From Parasitella parasitica NRRL 2501 (lineage: Eukaryota > Fungi > Mucoromycota), in assembly GCA_025201805.1 (NCBI GenBank), contig MU619240.1, positions 419,750 through 483,749 of the forward strand: DNA of 64,000 nucleotides, read 5' to 3'. Under the pieces are notes generated by a model. It was not told where the DNA came from. It worked only from the letters and a program-made list of their open reading frames with translations, and searched no databases. This document shows positions 39,202 to 53,130 of the stretch, piece by piece. The first letter of the stretch is position 1. Each line of letters opens with the position of its first letter. Position numbers and translations under genes: made by a program.

Positions 39202-39500
39202 TGATGTATCAATTTCTCAAACTTAAGTAAACTCATTCTTGAATACAATCCAGGAAAAATATCCCAATGGATCATGTTCCCTATTTATAACTCATCATGA
39301 CATGTTCATGGCCAATAGAAACAATCTATCGCCCCATTCTCTAGATCACACCATGCCTCACACTTACACCTTATCCTGCCATCAGTCTACTTAAATTCAC
39401 TAGAGTATATAAACCATCATATTTTCCATGTAATAAACGAGACCTTTACCTGATGAATCAAAACCGTTTTATTTGAATAATTTTTCATTCTGATAAATCA
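39202..39500 (+). repeat. Dispersed repeat, copy A (about 300 bp)
   Basis: Collinear with 63182-63500 (shared tatcccaatggatcat, catgacatgttcatgg, ccatcagtc, aaaccatcat, ctttacctgat, aaccgttttatttga). Confidence 0.85.
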
Positions 39501-41129
39501 CGAATATTTGAAATTTTGAGTATTTCTCGAGACAGCGCAATCCTGGAAAAATACGAGGTCGCAATATTGTAAAATATCTGTGCAGACCCAAAATGTCTTA
39601 TTAAGAAGAGTAGGAAGCTCATCAATAACCTCTCCATGGTTTTTGTTTTATATTATGTGAAATTGAGGTATTATCAAAGTGAAATTTGACCATAAAAAAG
39701 ACAGTATTGAACTTTCAGGAACGGACGTTAGTAAGAAACCATGATACAAAATTTGAAAGCGGTACCTCTGTCTATTGAGTTTCTTTTCTTGTTGTTGTTT
39801 TTTTGTTCATTTGCTACGTATACTTTCATAAATATCATGAAAAATGATGATGCACAACAACAAAATCTTCAATATCAATATCTTTGTAAAAACTCTAACG
39901 CCCAGGTTGTAAGTATTAATAATGTCCTACATCTCTTTTGCACCGCAACTTTTTCAATGTTATTTATCAAATTTGGACAATTCCATAACGCCGTATTTTA
40001 GCTATAGAAAACACGTCTTATTTACACTTGTACATTTATTGTAAGAAACACAAGATATAGTTATGGAAATGATATTATAAAACCTAATAGTGGAGGTTTA
40101 ATCTGGTTTTGCTGGTCAAAGATGTCTCAAACAGATAATTCTCTTCTTTTCTTTTGCTCGTGTGCATGCACTAACAACTTGAATTTGTACACTTTCAACA
40201 TTAATGTGAAGGATGTATTGTGTATTTATTAGACACATAGTACAAGTACCTTTTAAATCTAAATCCTGAGTTCCACCTTTTGTAATAATACTACGTATAA
40301 GCGATAGTAGCAACTTTTTTAGTTTCATTATAGTTACGATACATTTCAATATTTAAAATATTTATTAGATTTTGTTTGTTTTGAAGAAAATTCAAAAATA
40401 GTGTCAATACACACAGACGAGACATTAATCAACGTAATCGATGTGTGCGTGTGTGCGAATGCCCTTTCGAAATGGGATGAGTATCCCTCTAAGGTACATG
40501 TATGCAAGTACCTGGAAAAATTTAACACGTCTTATTCAACAGCTATATAAAGTACTAATTGGATGTTTGTTTGATCTCTACAACTGTAAACATCTAAATA
40601 TAATAAGATTATGTATTAGGCTATTTTTAAGATCAGGTAAATAAAGGCATTTATATGTACCATGGTCATGAAATGTTTAACAAACGTCGTTGGTGTATAA
40701 ATAAGCAGCCCTGGATTGTGCGTATTATGCACACAGAGGATTATGTAAAGCAAATCATGTGATCCAGTAAAATCCCAGGGCAATACATATTACAAACAAT
40801 CAATATAAAGTACCATCAAGCTTATTCTTGAATTAGTAACTCGTAAATTTATTTTTATTGGAAATAAAATAAAAGTTTTATAATGTGTGTGTGGCTATGT
40901 GGTATACACATATAGAATGCGGAATGAAAAATATACCCTCCATAAAAAAAAAAGATATCAGTAATAAGGTTACACTTTGATCCTACTGTTCAGAGTGAAT
41001 AAAACACAAGAATGGCAACAAAGGAAATGGACGAATCCGTTATCAAAAATAAGGATTAGATCTCACCAAATTCGGGACTGAGTAACCACACTGAAAAAGA
41101 ATAAGCGGGTATTACGATGATTTATCGTA

Positions 41130-42327
41130 TCATACCATGATTAGTTGTAGCGGACTAGGTCGGTGCATAAATCTGTCTGATCTCTTGGGCAGCACTCTGC
41201 GAGGTCTTAATGGACCAACAATCTTTTGGGCACGCATCATATTCACTTCAGCAACAATCATTCTCAAATAAGCTGCGTTGGCACGGGTATCACGGTGATG
41301 GTAACAGCGGTTCATAATGACGATATCTTTTTGCTGTTCTTCTACTTTGACTTGTTCATCAGGCTTCTCCTCTTCTTTTGGCAATTGTCGAGATTGCAAC
41401 TTTGGTTGTAATCGCTTTGGTTGTTTGGACAAGGTCTCTACCAATGTCCATTCTTTTGGTGGTTCGTCTAATAAAAGGTTTCCAATTGTCCAGCTTTGAT
41501 TACAGTCCGTGGGAGAGGAGCATGAAGATGATGAGGAAGGCGCTTCATACATGCGAAATGTCTCCAATGGCACATCAATATACTCGTTGTTGTTGTTGCT
41601 ACGTGGTGTGTTTATTTGCGTTTGAACGTAATGATCGCAGAGAATGTCGGATAACGCTGTAGTACTCATACTATTGTCATTTGTGAGACCATTTCTAACT
41701 TGATCTCGAGCGTCGTCGTCCATGTACATCGAAAAAAGAGAGCTGTCTGAATTACTGCTACCGCTACTGGTACTCAGGGAGCTGCAATTATCGAGGCATG
41801 TGGAATCAGTATTTTGGTCGCTGTAGTGGCAATCAATTGGGCTGCTGACTGACACTGGAACAATGACATCTAATTGCGACATTTGCGTTTTGCTGGCATG
41901 GTGCGTATTACGAGGCATGAACCCTACAGGGGGGCCCAAATCTTTACAATGCTGCTCGTTGCCAAATAGATTATTGATAAATGACAGAAAGGATGAAGGT
42001 GAAGTCGGAGCAAGGGAAGAGAAGAAGGGGTATGGCGCACTCGTTGCAGCTGCAGTTGCTGTGGGCTTTTTGCTGGTAAACTAGATATAGTTTTACGATA
42101 AATACATTGGATATAAATTACATTTTATGAAGAAATTAATTTTTATTTATATATTCAATATGTAACATATCAACTATCAAAAAATAAAAACTACTTTTCT
42201 TCATTTCATTATTGGCACTTACATTGTTTTTTTTATTGCGCTTGGGTATAGTGCCATAGGGTTTGATAAGCAGCGCTTGCTTTGTAGTTTTGGGGGTATT
42301 CTCATTGGGGGTTATTAATGCAATCAT
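41130..42327 (-). CDS. Uncharacterised Ser-rich protein with structured-looking C-terminal motif
   Basis: Exon 1 (42327-42223), GTAAGT intron to 42082, exon 2 in frame with ORF 41130-41939; ends RDTRANAAYLRMIVAEVNMMRAQKIVGPLRPR. Confidence 0.75.
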
Positions 42328-44339
42328 GGTATTGTAGTGGGAGAAAAAATGGGAAAATGCTTTCTTGTTAATGAGGTCCTTTTATAAGTTTTCTAAATCA
42401 ATTCGGGGAACTAATCAAGGGGTGGGGGGCCATGGGGGGGGGGGGTCATTGATTAAGGAGCACAAATTAGAAGGGCAGGCAGATACGCTTAGCTTAGAAA
42501 GGTAAAAGCAGAATGAATTGAATCACATGTATGCCCAGCAAAAGAGAAGGCAGTTTTAATTCAAAAATGTTTAAAATATACATATGATCCATTCTTTCCT
42601 TTTAGTACGGAAATGACGTTTAAAAATCATACCAACTAATTTCAATGTTAGCAAAACATTGGCTTGATCTGCAATTTATTCAAGAATAAAGTCAAAATTT
42701 ATAGATATGTGATTCAAATTGTAACCACTGCGTACCATACTATTATTCTTACTATTTATGATGCAGGAGTGAAACCGCTAGTAGCTAAATCCGTAAAAGA
42801 AAATTGCATTTCGCATTTTAGTTTGTGCTTTCAGCAGTATGATATTATACGGAAAAGGGAGAGCAAGGTCGTCATGAATAGTTTGTTCGGGAAAAGTACC
42901 TTTGTACGGGTTATATATAAAAGGAACTCTCACGGGGCTCATGACAATTCTCTATCTATTGTAAAATTAAGCTTTTTATATTTATGACGATAGAATACAA
43001 CATGAACCAAAAAGACATGCTTTAATCACATTGTACAAATAAAACTGCAATTTCTTGTTATGATTTGTGAATGTAATACCATTTCAACAGCTTAGAACCA
43101 TAATCAATGATCACCATAATATTTCTTTTTCTATAAAATGGCTGAATAAAAGAAAAAGCTTAATACCTTTACCTTGTACAACCACCCATATGATTAATAA
43201 ACACAAATATAGTGTCAAATCTACATACAAATAAAATATTGCTTGTCCTACATTCCATGTATCGAGTGATTGGACTGGAGCAGCCCACAAATAGTGTTTG
43301 TTGCTCGGCAATGCAATTATATCGGAAACTAACATTCCATTTGTGTATATAAGCAGTCTGCGAAAGCAGACAACATACGGTACATGCTTACATTAAGAAT
43401 ATTCTGGATACTAAGGACTTGTTCCTCGGTTTATGTTTTAAGGATATTCTCGCCTTGATTATTACGTTTACTGACATAAATAGATGGTTCATTTTCGATA
43501 AGCTATCAATAAATATATTTGTTTCTATATACCATGGTCAATAGGTAGGGGTTACTCACCAATTATGAAAACAGGCTAATGCATGCAAATGCCTACTTTT
43601 CTTGGTAGAAATGGACACATGGTAAAATCTCTCTCTGTTTAGCCCTTTAAAAATGGTTTAGCAAACATATATTGATTTTTTAATAAACCTGTTATCTTCT
43701 TTTCTTTTGGTCTAGTTAGCCTCCTTGGGCTTATGTGTACTATGTGTTGTTATAGCCTCGAAATATTCACATTATATTCTACATTCTTATTTTTTTAGAC
43801 AGGTGTGTAATTCAAAGCTGCCTCAGTCTCGCCGATAAAGTCACCTAATTCAGTAGTTTAAAGGGTGGGTTTTTAAGGGATCTGTTTATTTTCAGTGATG
43901 TATATGTAAGCTATCAATCAAAATATTTGGAAATCACATTCCATATAAAAGTATATAACAGAGGTTCTTTGAAATATGAATACGAAGCTATATCCATCAA
44001 GAGCCAGCCATGGACCCGTTTCTGCATCAATAATACTCATAGTATTTCATTAAAGATTAAACATATATAAAATTGATACATCATGTTTTTTACACAACAT
44101 AGGCTCACCTTATTAGCTATATTATAGGTGATAAATATACTGATTTGCGATTCGTATAAATTAAAGAGATCGGCGTGCACCCACTGTCTACATATCCTAA
44201 GGTTTAAATTCTCTGATCACAACTTAAAACAGTCTGTCTGGACGTTTCCAACAACTAGAATTCGTGAAAATGACCTTTGTTGTGTCTAGATGATTAACTA
44301 AGACAAGTTTTGGTAACTCAAACTCATTGTATATCTACT

Positions 44340-45400
44340 CGTTGCACTCCAAACTTTTTAATACATTAATGACGCTTGAGCAGAGCAGTTCAAATCTCTG
44401 CAGCTATTGCACATTGAAACGTGCAACTACATTCATTTCAAACCTATCGACAAAGCTTTACGCGAGTGCTCACTGAAAGAATTCCATTGACATTCAATAG
44501 CCTAAGATTCAAGGATACTCGTATCCTTTCGTACTGCATTAAAGCCTGCCATACTATTGCAAGGGTAAGCATTGCATTTGCCAAAGAGACACACTTTGCC
44601 CTTGATTACCTTGCATCCAAACTGAAGAATTAAAACGAACAATGGTGTGTTACATTAAATCAACTCTGCTCGAACGCCAGGAAGCTCATAGCTTCAATGA
44701 GTTTCCAACGGCCTTGGGCAGTCAGCATCAATTGGAAAGCTGCGATAAGCTATTGATTTAAGATGACGCGATATAATTGCATCCAGAATCTAGATTGGGG
44801 CTACATGAGTGATGAAGGTTTTAAATCCACAAGAATACAACTATAAAAAATCAACATCATCCTCCAAATCTCAATTAGCGTAGATGAAACCGAGGGCTCT
44901 TTTGGCACCAAGAGTAACTTTTCCCGCGCTTGATCTTATAATTGTCAAATTTGATACACATTCGTAAGATTGAATTTATTACAGGTATCTACGCAATGCT
45001 TACTGCTGATTGACACAAAGTGCGTAAGCGATATCAAAAGCGCTTTACGCGAATTAGCAATGAGTGAAGAACGCTACTCTTGTACGATGTTTTCGCGCTA
45101 ACAAAGAAAGCAACCGAGTCAATTATATCACTCAGCGGACTCATCCTTTACGATATGCCACCAGAAAGCTAAAACGTTCTCAAAGCTTTACAAGTGTGGG
45201 ACACTTTTTACTTGGTCAATTCAAATATATGCAACACAATATTTCTAGAGTTATATAAACACTTGTAATCGATACGAGTAGCTTTCTATACATCCTATTC
45301 TTCAGTAGCTGAAAATCAATCCTTTTGGAGATGGTACCAAAGAATGTCTTTAATGGAAACTGCACCTTGAGAATAGAGGCATACGCACAGATACTGGCTT
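44340..45400 (+). pseudogene. Possible decayed LRR/RNI-like (F-box family) gene
   Basis: Fragments FKSLQLLHIETCN, ALRECSLKEF, ALDYLASKLKN interrupted by many stops. Confidence 0.3.
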
Positions 45401-46234
45401 ATTGTAAAAGAAGCAATAAAAATCTTTTTTTGACTGACGGTATTCAGATCTCCCTATTCCGAATAGAACGAAAAAAACTTTTTTATACGAGAAAATTGTA
45501 AATGGCTCTCTATAAGTTTCAACTGTTACAAAGAAGATTAAAAATTAAAAAAATCAATGATTGTACACAATGTAATAACAGAAATAATGCGCTTGACAAC
45601 TTCTATATAATATCTGCCAATTTAGCAAGCATTGGAAATTTAATTCTAGATCTGATTATACTACTGTTTCAACATAATTTAGTAAAGTAGGATCCCGCAA
45701 AGATACTTTGTGCATGGCACATTTTTATTGCAATTACATTTATACTGTTATGTATGACATTAGATCTACATCACTTGTAAACCAAAGAAAATACCCTGGA
45801 GTGTTTATAAAGAAGTGATGTCAAATGCTACATTTTATTACTACTATGTGTGCACTTTTTGTGTGTGTATATGATGAAATCATTTGATTCATTTTAATCA
45901 CTGAAATGATCATTTCGTATTACCGGCTCAATGCGCTGTTCTGGCATCATTAAACACAAAAGGATAAACTGGGTATCTTTATCTTCTTCTTACTAAAAAC
46001 ATACATTTAATCATGGTGATAATAATAATCAGACGTAGTAAGGAAATTAAGCATGTAAAATATGTTTTTCTTCTTATAACGAGGTTTCTATCGTATCATT
46101 ATCACATGGTTGTTAAACAATACAAAAACAATTGTACTAAATAGACGTCATGTTATGATTTGTGTTGTTATTTCAAATATAGTAACCACTTGCAAAAAAA
46201 AACTTTTTTCTTTTCTCTTGTTCAAAGAAATAAG

Positions 46235-47309
46235 ATGCTTAAAAAGATTTTCAACGCTAAAAGAAAACGTCAAGAACCAGGGCGTCATAATACCAACAAA
46301 ATTACGCTAGATCCAGCATCGGCAGCCATTCTATCCCGCCATTTTTCCCCATTGTCTTCAAGGGCAAAGTCTCCTTCTGATTTGCTTGATATCGTCGGTT
46401 TTCCTCTGGCAGCAACCACCGTCAATTTTCAGAAATTCAGTCAATCTTCCCCTGACTTGATAACTTCATTGAATGAAGAAGATGGAGACAGTATAACAAC
46501 AACACCAGCAGTAACCATAGCTACATCATCTGAACCTACCTATCGTCTTACCATTCGAAACATGACCACGCCTCTATCTTCATCAGCACCAGCTTCCCCT
46601 GATTTGACAAAAGATCAACTACTTCTGGAAACAAGTCGGGAAGACAAAACTTTGATTGAGAAAGAATTTGGTATTTGATTAAATATTTCGTATTAAGCAT
46701 ATATAGTAACCCAAATTGACAGATCATTCCATGGAGGTATATAAACTACGACAAAAATTGTGGGAATTCGAAAATGAAAGAGAAGCTTGGAATCATAAGT
46801 TACAAGGCTATATTGAGCGTGAAGAACAGATGAGAAAAATAATTCAATTAAATCAATTACAAATCAATCAATTGAAATATGGCTACTCTTTCATTACTAC
46901 ACCCTCACGACATGATTCATATCCTACAATATCCACTCGTTCATCGTGGCCCACAGAAGCCGATGAGGAAGAATTAGAAAAGGAAGAAGAAGATAAGGAG
47001 GAAGAAGAGGAAGAAGAGGAAGAAGAGGAAGAAGAGGAAGAAGAGGAAGAAGAGGAAGAAGAGGAAGAAGAAGAAGAATCAAGTATTCCTTACGATGCAT
47101 ATCAACAGCATCTGCAACATCAGCAATATCAGCATTATCAGCACCACCCTCCATATCAATTGAGTAATCACCATTTATACCAATATTTCAATAAAGGGAG
47201 GTATCATGACTACAATTATTATCCTCAACCACATCAACAAAGAAATCAATCCTGGTCTATTCAACGGCAACAGCAACAACAGCAGCCATATTATTTCTAT
47301 CATGATTAG
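46235..47309 (+). CDS. Hypothetical coiled-coil protein with poly-Glu and Q/Y/H-rich tail
   Basis: ATG 46235, intron at about 46672-46722, coiled coil LRQKLWEFENEREAW, 27-Glu run. Confidence 0.75.
46998..47078 (+). repeat. Coding minisatellite (GAGGAAGAA)8 + GAAGAAGAA encoding poly-Glu27
   Basis: Directly visible perfect 9-bp tandem repeat. Confidence 0.95.
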
Positions 47310-47904
47310 ACAACTCTCATTTATTTACTTGCCATGGCAATTCAGGCACATTTTTATTTATTTATTTAAGCTTCAGATCAGAAAATTAAATCAACTTGCA
47401 ATGAGTCCCTCGCTATGTATTACGTTATTGTCCATATATAATTGCTGTAATTTATTTGTGAGCTACTGTACATATACGTCTATATATATACAGCAATTAT
47501 ACTATTTAAAACATTGTATTCAACTGCCCGACTTCTGGGGTTCCATCCGAAATCTAAAATAGATTCTGATAGGCATAAACTTGGGGGAGAGCAAATATAT
47601 AAAAACATATATTTTACTTGAACGTGTGAAAAACAATGGACACAAAGCTCTATACAAAAAGAAATTTAAATGTTTTTTTTTTTGGGAAGGATGGGGAAAA
47701 ATCAAGATTGGCAGTGAAATTAATAATGTCCTGCGCGAATATGCGGATCCTTTTCCCAGTTTGGAAGCTTCACCGCGGCCATAGTGGTAGGTACGGTCAC
47801 ATTAGGCATGAAATGAGAGCCTATATATAATTATGATGCTTGGCTTTCATCCCCTTTTTTCTTTTCGTTTACTTTTGTTTCGAAACACTTTCTCGGATTT
47901 CAAG

Positions 47905-49095
47905 ATGGCTCCAATTGACAATACACCTGTTGATCCCAATGCACCTTTAAAGAAGAAGGCTGTTTCTTACAAGAATCTCTTATTGGGTGCATGTAAGTGA
48001 TCTGGTCGCTGTTATACACAGCGGGATTTCTAACACACATTTTGGTTGAACAATAGCCCTCAACATGTTCGAAGTATCCACTCTCGGTCAACCTTTCGAA
48101 GTGATCAAAACGCAACTTGCTGCTAATCGAGGTCAATCATTGAAGACTGCCCTTTCAAACATTTACAGTCGAGGTGGTGTCTTGGGATTCTATCAAGGTT
48201 TGATCCCTTGGGCATGGATTGAAGCTTCGACTAAAGGTGCTGTTCTACTTTTCACGGCTTCTGAATTCGAATATCATGCTAGAGCTGCTGGTGCATCTCC
48301 ATTTCTCGTAAGTTCTCTCTTGTTATCTGCAAGCTATTTGTATCTTATCTTAACATCTCATGTGTTTCATATGATAATTAGGGAGGTATCGTAGGTGGAA
48401 TGGGTGGCGGTATTGCTCAAGCTTATACAACTATGGGTTTCTGTACCTTTATGAAGACTGTCGAGGTTACGCGCCATAAATCAGGTAAGTTTATTAGCAT
48501 ATGGAGGATGTAGATTGTAAAGATCTAACATAAACATGCAGCTACCAAGGAATCTACATTCAAAATTGCCGGTGATATATTCAAAAAAGAAGGTATTGCT
48601 GGTATTAATAAGGGTGTGAACGCTGTTGCACTTCGCCAATGTACCAATTGGGCATCTAGATTTGGTATTACACGTTTTGCTCAGGAATCCATCGTGAAAA
48701 GTCGTTACGGTGATTCACCTGATGCTCATCTTCGTGCAACGGCCCTTGATAAGGCCCTTGCATCCATCATCGGTGGTGCATTATCATGCTGGAATCAACC
48801 TATCGAGGTCATTCGCGTCGAGATGCAAAGTCAAGTGAAGGCAGTAGGCCGTCCAGAGAAAATGACCATTGTTTCAGCAAGTAAATATATTTATCAGCAT
48901 AATGGTATTAAAGGGTTCTATCGTGGTGCCTTGCCCCGTATTGGTTTGGGTATGTGGCAAACTCTCTGTATGGTTGCACTTGGTAAGTTGATCCCCCCAC
49001 CCCTATTTTTTGTAAACGAGAAACAACAAACAAATCCAACTCATCAATTATGTTCTTTAGGTGATTATTTCCGTGCTTTCTTCGGTACAAACTAA
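47905..49095 (+). CDS. YHM2: Mitochondrial citrate/2-oxoglutarate carrier
   Basis: NLLLGA|[19 protein letters not shown], [43 protein letters not shown]; 4 introns. Confidence 0.93.
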
Positions 49096-49370
49096 ACTAT
49101 GAATCTATATTATAGACTATTTTACTTGTTGTACGTATTCAACTCAAAATTGCCTTCCCCATTATTACGAAATCCCCCAACAATTTATAGTTTATTTTTT
49201 CCCGTTGAATTCCAAACCCAACATCAGCATTTTTACAATTAGTAGCTAGTAGTAAGTTCTTATACCAAGGAGTTTATGTATAATAATGTTTCATGATTTT
49301 CATACACAAATAAATAAATAAAATAAAAACTATATTATGTCTGTATACGTATATTAAGCTATAAGAATTT

Positions 49371-52300
49371 TTACATGATGGAACAATCAGTCATGTCCTT
49401 TTGAACCACTCTTTTAATAGTCGGCCAATCGCTTCTACAAGCAGCAAATTCAAATAAATCTTCAATCCTCATTAATCCATGATATCGCTCTAAATCATGA
49501 ATCAATGACTTAATATCCGCTGCAGATTCAATGATGTAAAGATTAGCGAGTGATTTCAATGCCAAAAAGTAAGGTGTAATCGTTTTTTGTCGAAGGGTCA
49601 ATATAAAATCATAGTAAGCGTTCATGTCACTAAAGACATTAACTCCAGGTAAATTGCTGCTTTTTTTTCTCACTCACAATAAAAGACTTTTTCCTCACCT
49701 AATGTACCGAAATCCTCCCATTTCATTCACTGTTTGTAATTTCAAATGCTTGCAAAGAATCCTACGCCCTCAAAGGATCAATATCTAAAAAAAAAGTCTT
49801 GTTTTTGATTTTCTGGCTTACTCAAAAAACCTCCGTCCAATTTCACTAAAGAATAGATCCATAGTGCCTTTTTCCGCTGCGCCAACCAACATGGATGTGT
49901 TTGTCTTTAAACATTTGATTGTGTCCTGACAAGCTTTAGTTGGCTTCAGGTCTGGCATAGAATCTGTCGATGGACTGTAGTCTTCTTTTCGTTGCTCATG
50001 AGAGAGAATAAATTCTACTTGTGATAGCAGTACTTGAATACCACGATCCATTCCCTGTGCAACGCAGTCGTCTAACAGTCTCTCAAACGCCTTCTTCTCC
50101 TTGTTGACTTCGTTCATAAAGTCAAGTTTATCCACATTCTTGGTCTGATATATATATGTTAGTTTTACTTTTCTGTTGTCATTAACAGTTTTCTCCCTTA
50201 CAATCTCTTCGTCGTAATAGAGCTGGATCATTTGCTGGATCACGTCAGCAACGTGCACAAGTTCAAAAAATTCAGTCAATGGTGGTACATCTTCGCTTGA
50301 CGCATCTGTGCTTGGCCTGTAGGATGATAATCGACTTCCCGCACTATCAAAACCTGGTTGGATATGAGTGTGACCGAGTGTTTTTAGCAATTGAATGAAA
50401 ATTTGCTCGTATGTATGATGGAGATCTGATTTCATACGGCCAGGAAACCCTATATCAATGAATTGTTGTACACGACGCTCCGACTCCTTATTGATATGGA
50501 TCAGCTGCAATGATGTTTCCAACGATATGTAATTCTGCAGCATGTCTAATTCTTGTCTAGCAAATTCCAATTGGCCCGTGATGTCTTTGTTATAGGAGGT
50601 ACTGGGTGATTTAGGCGATTGGTCTGTTAAAGAGGGCGAAGAAGATCGAGGCATCTGTGTAGATACCTTGGGTGTCGATGGCGGTGTAGACTGAGGCGTT
50701 GCCATGGAGTCTGTCGACATTGCCGAAGCTCTTTTATTAGCTGTGGCCGAAATTGTATTGGCCCTTTGGAATGGGGATGCAATTGTAGTGGCAGCCGTTG
50801 AAACAAGATCGACAGGCAATGTCAAGACTTTTTTAAATGCAGCTAAATAATTTCTGTGCAGTTTGGCAATGGGTTAGCGTCAAATAAGTCAACAACAATG
50901 GAGACATGGCTTGCCTTTTGAACGTTTCACGAGATTGGTTTGTGAGACGAGCGGAAATATCTGTGTAAGCAGCCGAGCGATCATTCTGGCAAATTGTTGT
51001 AAGTACACAATAAAGCTTCATCTTTAACATGCTCTTACCCACTCCTCTATGTGTTGCTTGGTAATGTTCTCGGCGTATGTGCTTTCTTCATATAAGTAAT
51101 CATCCAAGAATGGTAGAAACAGCTTAAACAATAAGTTGATGCCCCGATCCTTTTGTATACTCATTGGCAGTTCATCACTTGTTAATACGTTGATCACGTT
51201 CTTGGTTGATGTTAACACCATAGACATTGTGCTCAAATAAAGGTGTGTACTGATCGACATGGCTCTTCCCAGTAACTGACTGACGAATTCTGCAATCTAT
51301 ATTTGAGTATTGAATGAATATCGTTCACTACGAGTTATCCGCCAACCCTTAGCCAGTGAATACATTACCACATCCTCAAAGACTCGATCTGCAATCATGT
51401 AAAATGCATCCATTTTTTCGGGGAACACATCTACAACTAGTGCAGATTGCTGCTTGAGTTCGTCAGTGACAAGCAGCATGAGTTTTTTAAAAGGCGTCAA
51501 ATCATCATGGCTTGTTCTATATAGAATAATTGAGTTGTTTGCTCTTCCGGGCAATAAGGAAATATAGTTTTACACAAAATTATCTTCTGGCTTAAAAGGA
51601 TTGTCATAAAAGATCGGATGCTTCTGAACATAAGTTTGCATACATGTTGACCCTCCATTCAACGCAATAAGCGCATTTGCATAAGACTAAATTCACAAAT
51701 CAGTAAACAATAAATATAAGCGCATCTTTGATAAATACCTTCATTTCGACTGTGTTTCGCACATCATAAGCGACTTCAAACTCATGGAGAGATGCACTTT
51801 CAAAGTACTGAGACAAAGCATCCACACCTTCATTTATCTATAAAGTCAATCTTGCTCTATTACTATGCAACCTTTTACCCCTAAAAAAAATTACCTTTTT
51901 CCAATCATCCACAATATGGCATTGGCCGATACCCAACAGCAAGTTGATCACTTTACCACATTCTTCTGGACTATTACCGAAATCACGTAAAACCTTTGTC
52001 GTTTCCTTATTTCCGTCTCTTAGATCCACATAGTAAGGCAGCAGTTGTGTGTATAGTTGCTTAAAATATTCCTTTGATTGTCCTGTCGACTTTGCTCTTG
52101 CTCGAGCGCTGTAAGGGTCTGTCGACATGCCTGGTATTAGAGTATTAAGAGGTTTGTTATTAATGTATATTGTGTTTTCAGAGTCTATCAGAGATCCTTT
52201 GTCATTGTCTCCATCTAACGTAATGTTAGTATTGGGCAAAGTATTGCATGCATTTACGTATTGACTCACCTAGCATGGCTGCCAGTGCCCCAGTATCATT

Positions 52301-52543
52301 TTCCAACATGATGCGCAGCTTTTCATCCCATATTTCATCATCATAAGCCAGCACTTTAAATCGTCTGGATGCTAATGCCACCTTTCCTAGCGAGGGTACA
52401 GGCAAATATTGAAAAATTCGAATCAGTACACTAGGTGGAATAGGCCAGCCTGACTTGCTTCTTGCTGCCTCCACTAGGGAAACAGGTTTTATAGGCTCTG
52501 CCGAGGGTATATCGTTATGAACAACATCATCTAGCAAGCTCAT
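49371..52543 (-). CDS. RCY1: Recyclin-1 (F-box + Sec10-like domain, C-terminal CAAX)
   Basis: N-terminal F-box IPPSVLIRIFQYL, Sec10-like body (EKKAFERLLDDCVAQGMDRGIQVL), C-terminal DCSIM prenylation motif. Confidence 0.9.
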
Positions 52544-53130
52544 TTTGTTGTTATTTGAGAAAAAGAAGAAAAGAAAAAACAAAACAAAACAAAAAACCCT
52601 ATATTTGGGTCAAACGAAAATTAGACTTCTCCCATGATTGGATAGCGTCTACGACAGTTGATTCAGTTGATGCAGAAACTCAATCTGTGAAAGCGTATAA
52701 ATCTTGTATTGCTGTGCATAATGAGTAATTCTTTACTAGTATCTTTGGGACAACAGCCTTGTTTTCTTTTGAACAGAGTTTTAAATGTGGTTAACAGTAA
52801 CTTGAGTTACTCTTTTATTTCTACTAGCACTGCTGTCTCTTTCGTTTGTTTGTGTCTTTGAGCGTTCAGTTTTTCGTTAAAATCTCTGCCATCACGATTA
52901 TTATGTTGACCATTATGATAGCCTTTACAAATCGTCTTTATAACTGCACAGGCATACTTCACAGAATAACTATTAGCTGCCGCAAGTCGCAAGAATGATG
53001 CAGCTCACAAATGACTTGACATGATTTGCAGTTCACTTGAAGCCATTCCACACTGACTGTCATCCTTTGTTTAAATTTTTTTCTGAAAAAGAATATAATA
53101 TATATTCCCTTGTTCCTTTAATAATACAAC

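Noticed and set aside
1-53000. Apparent cluster of ubiquitin-proteasome genes (RING, NAS6, BTB, BC-box LRR, F-box, RCY1)
   Set aside because: These families are abundant and here are interspersed with unrelated genes; no evidence beyond chance.
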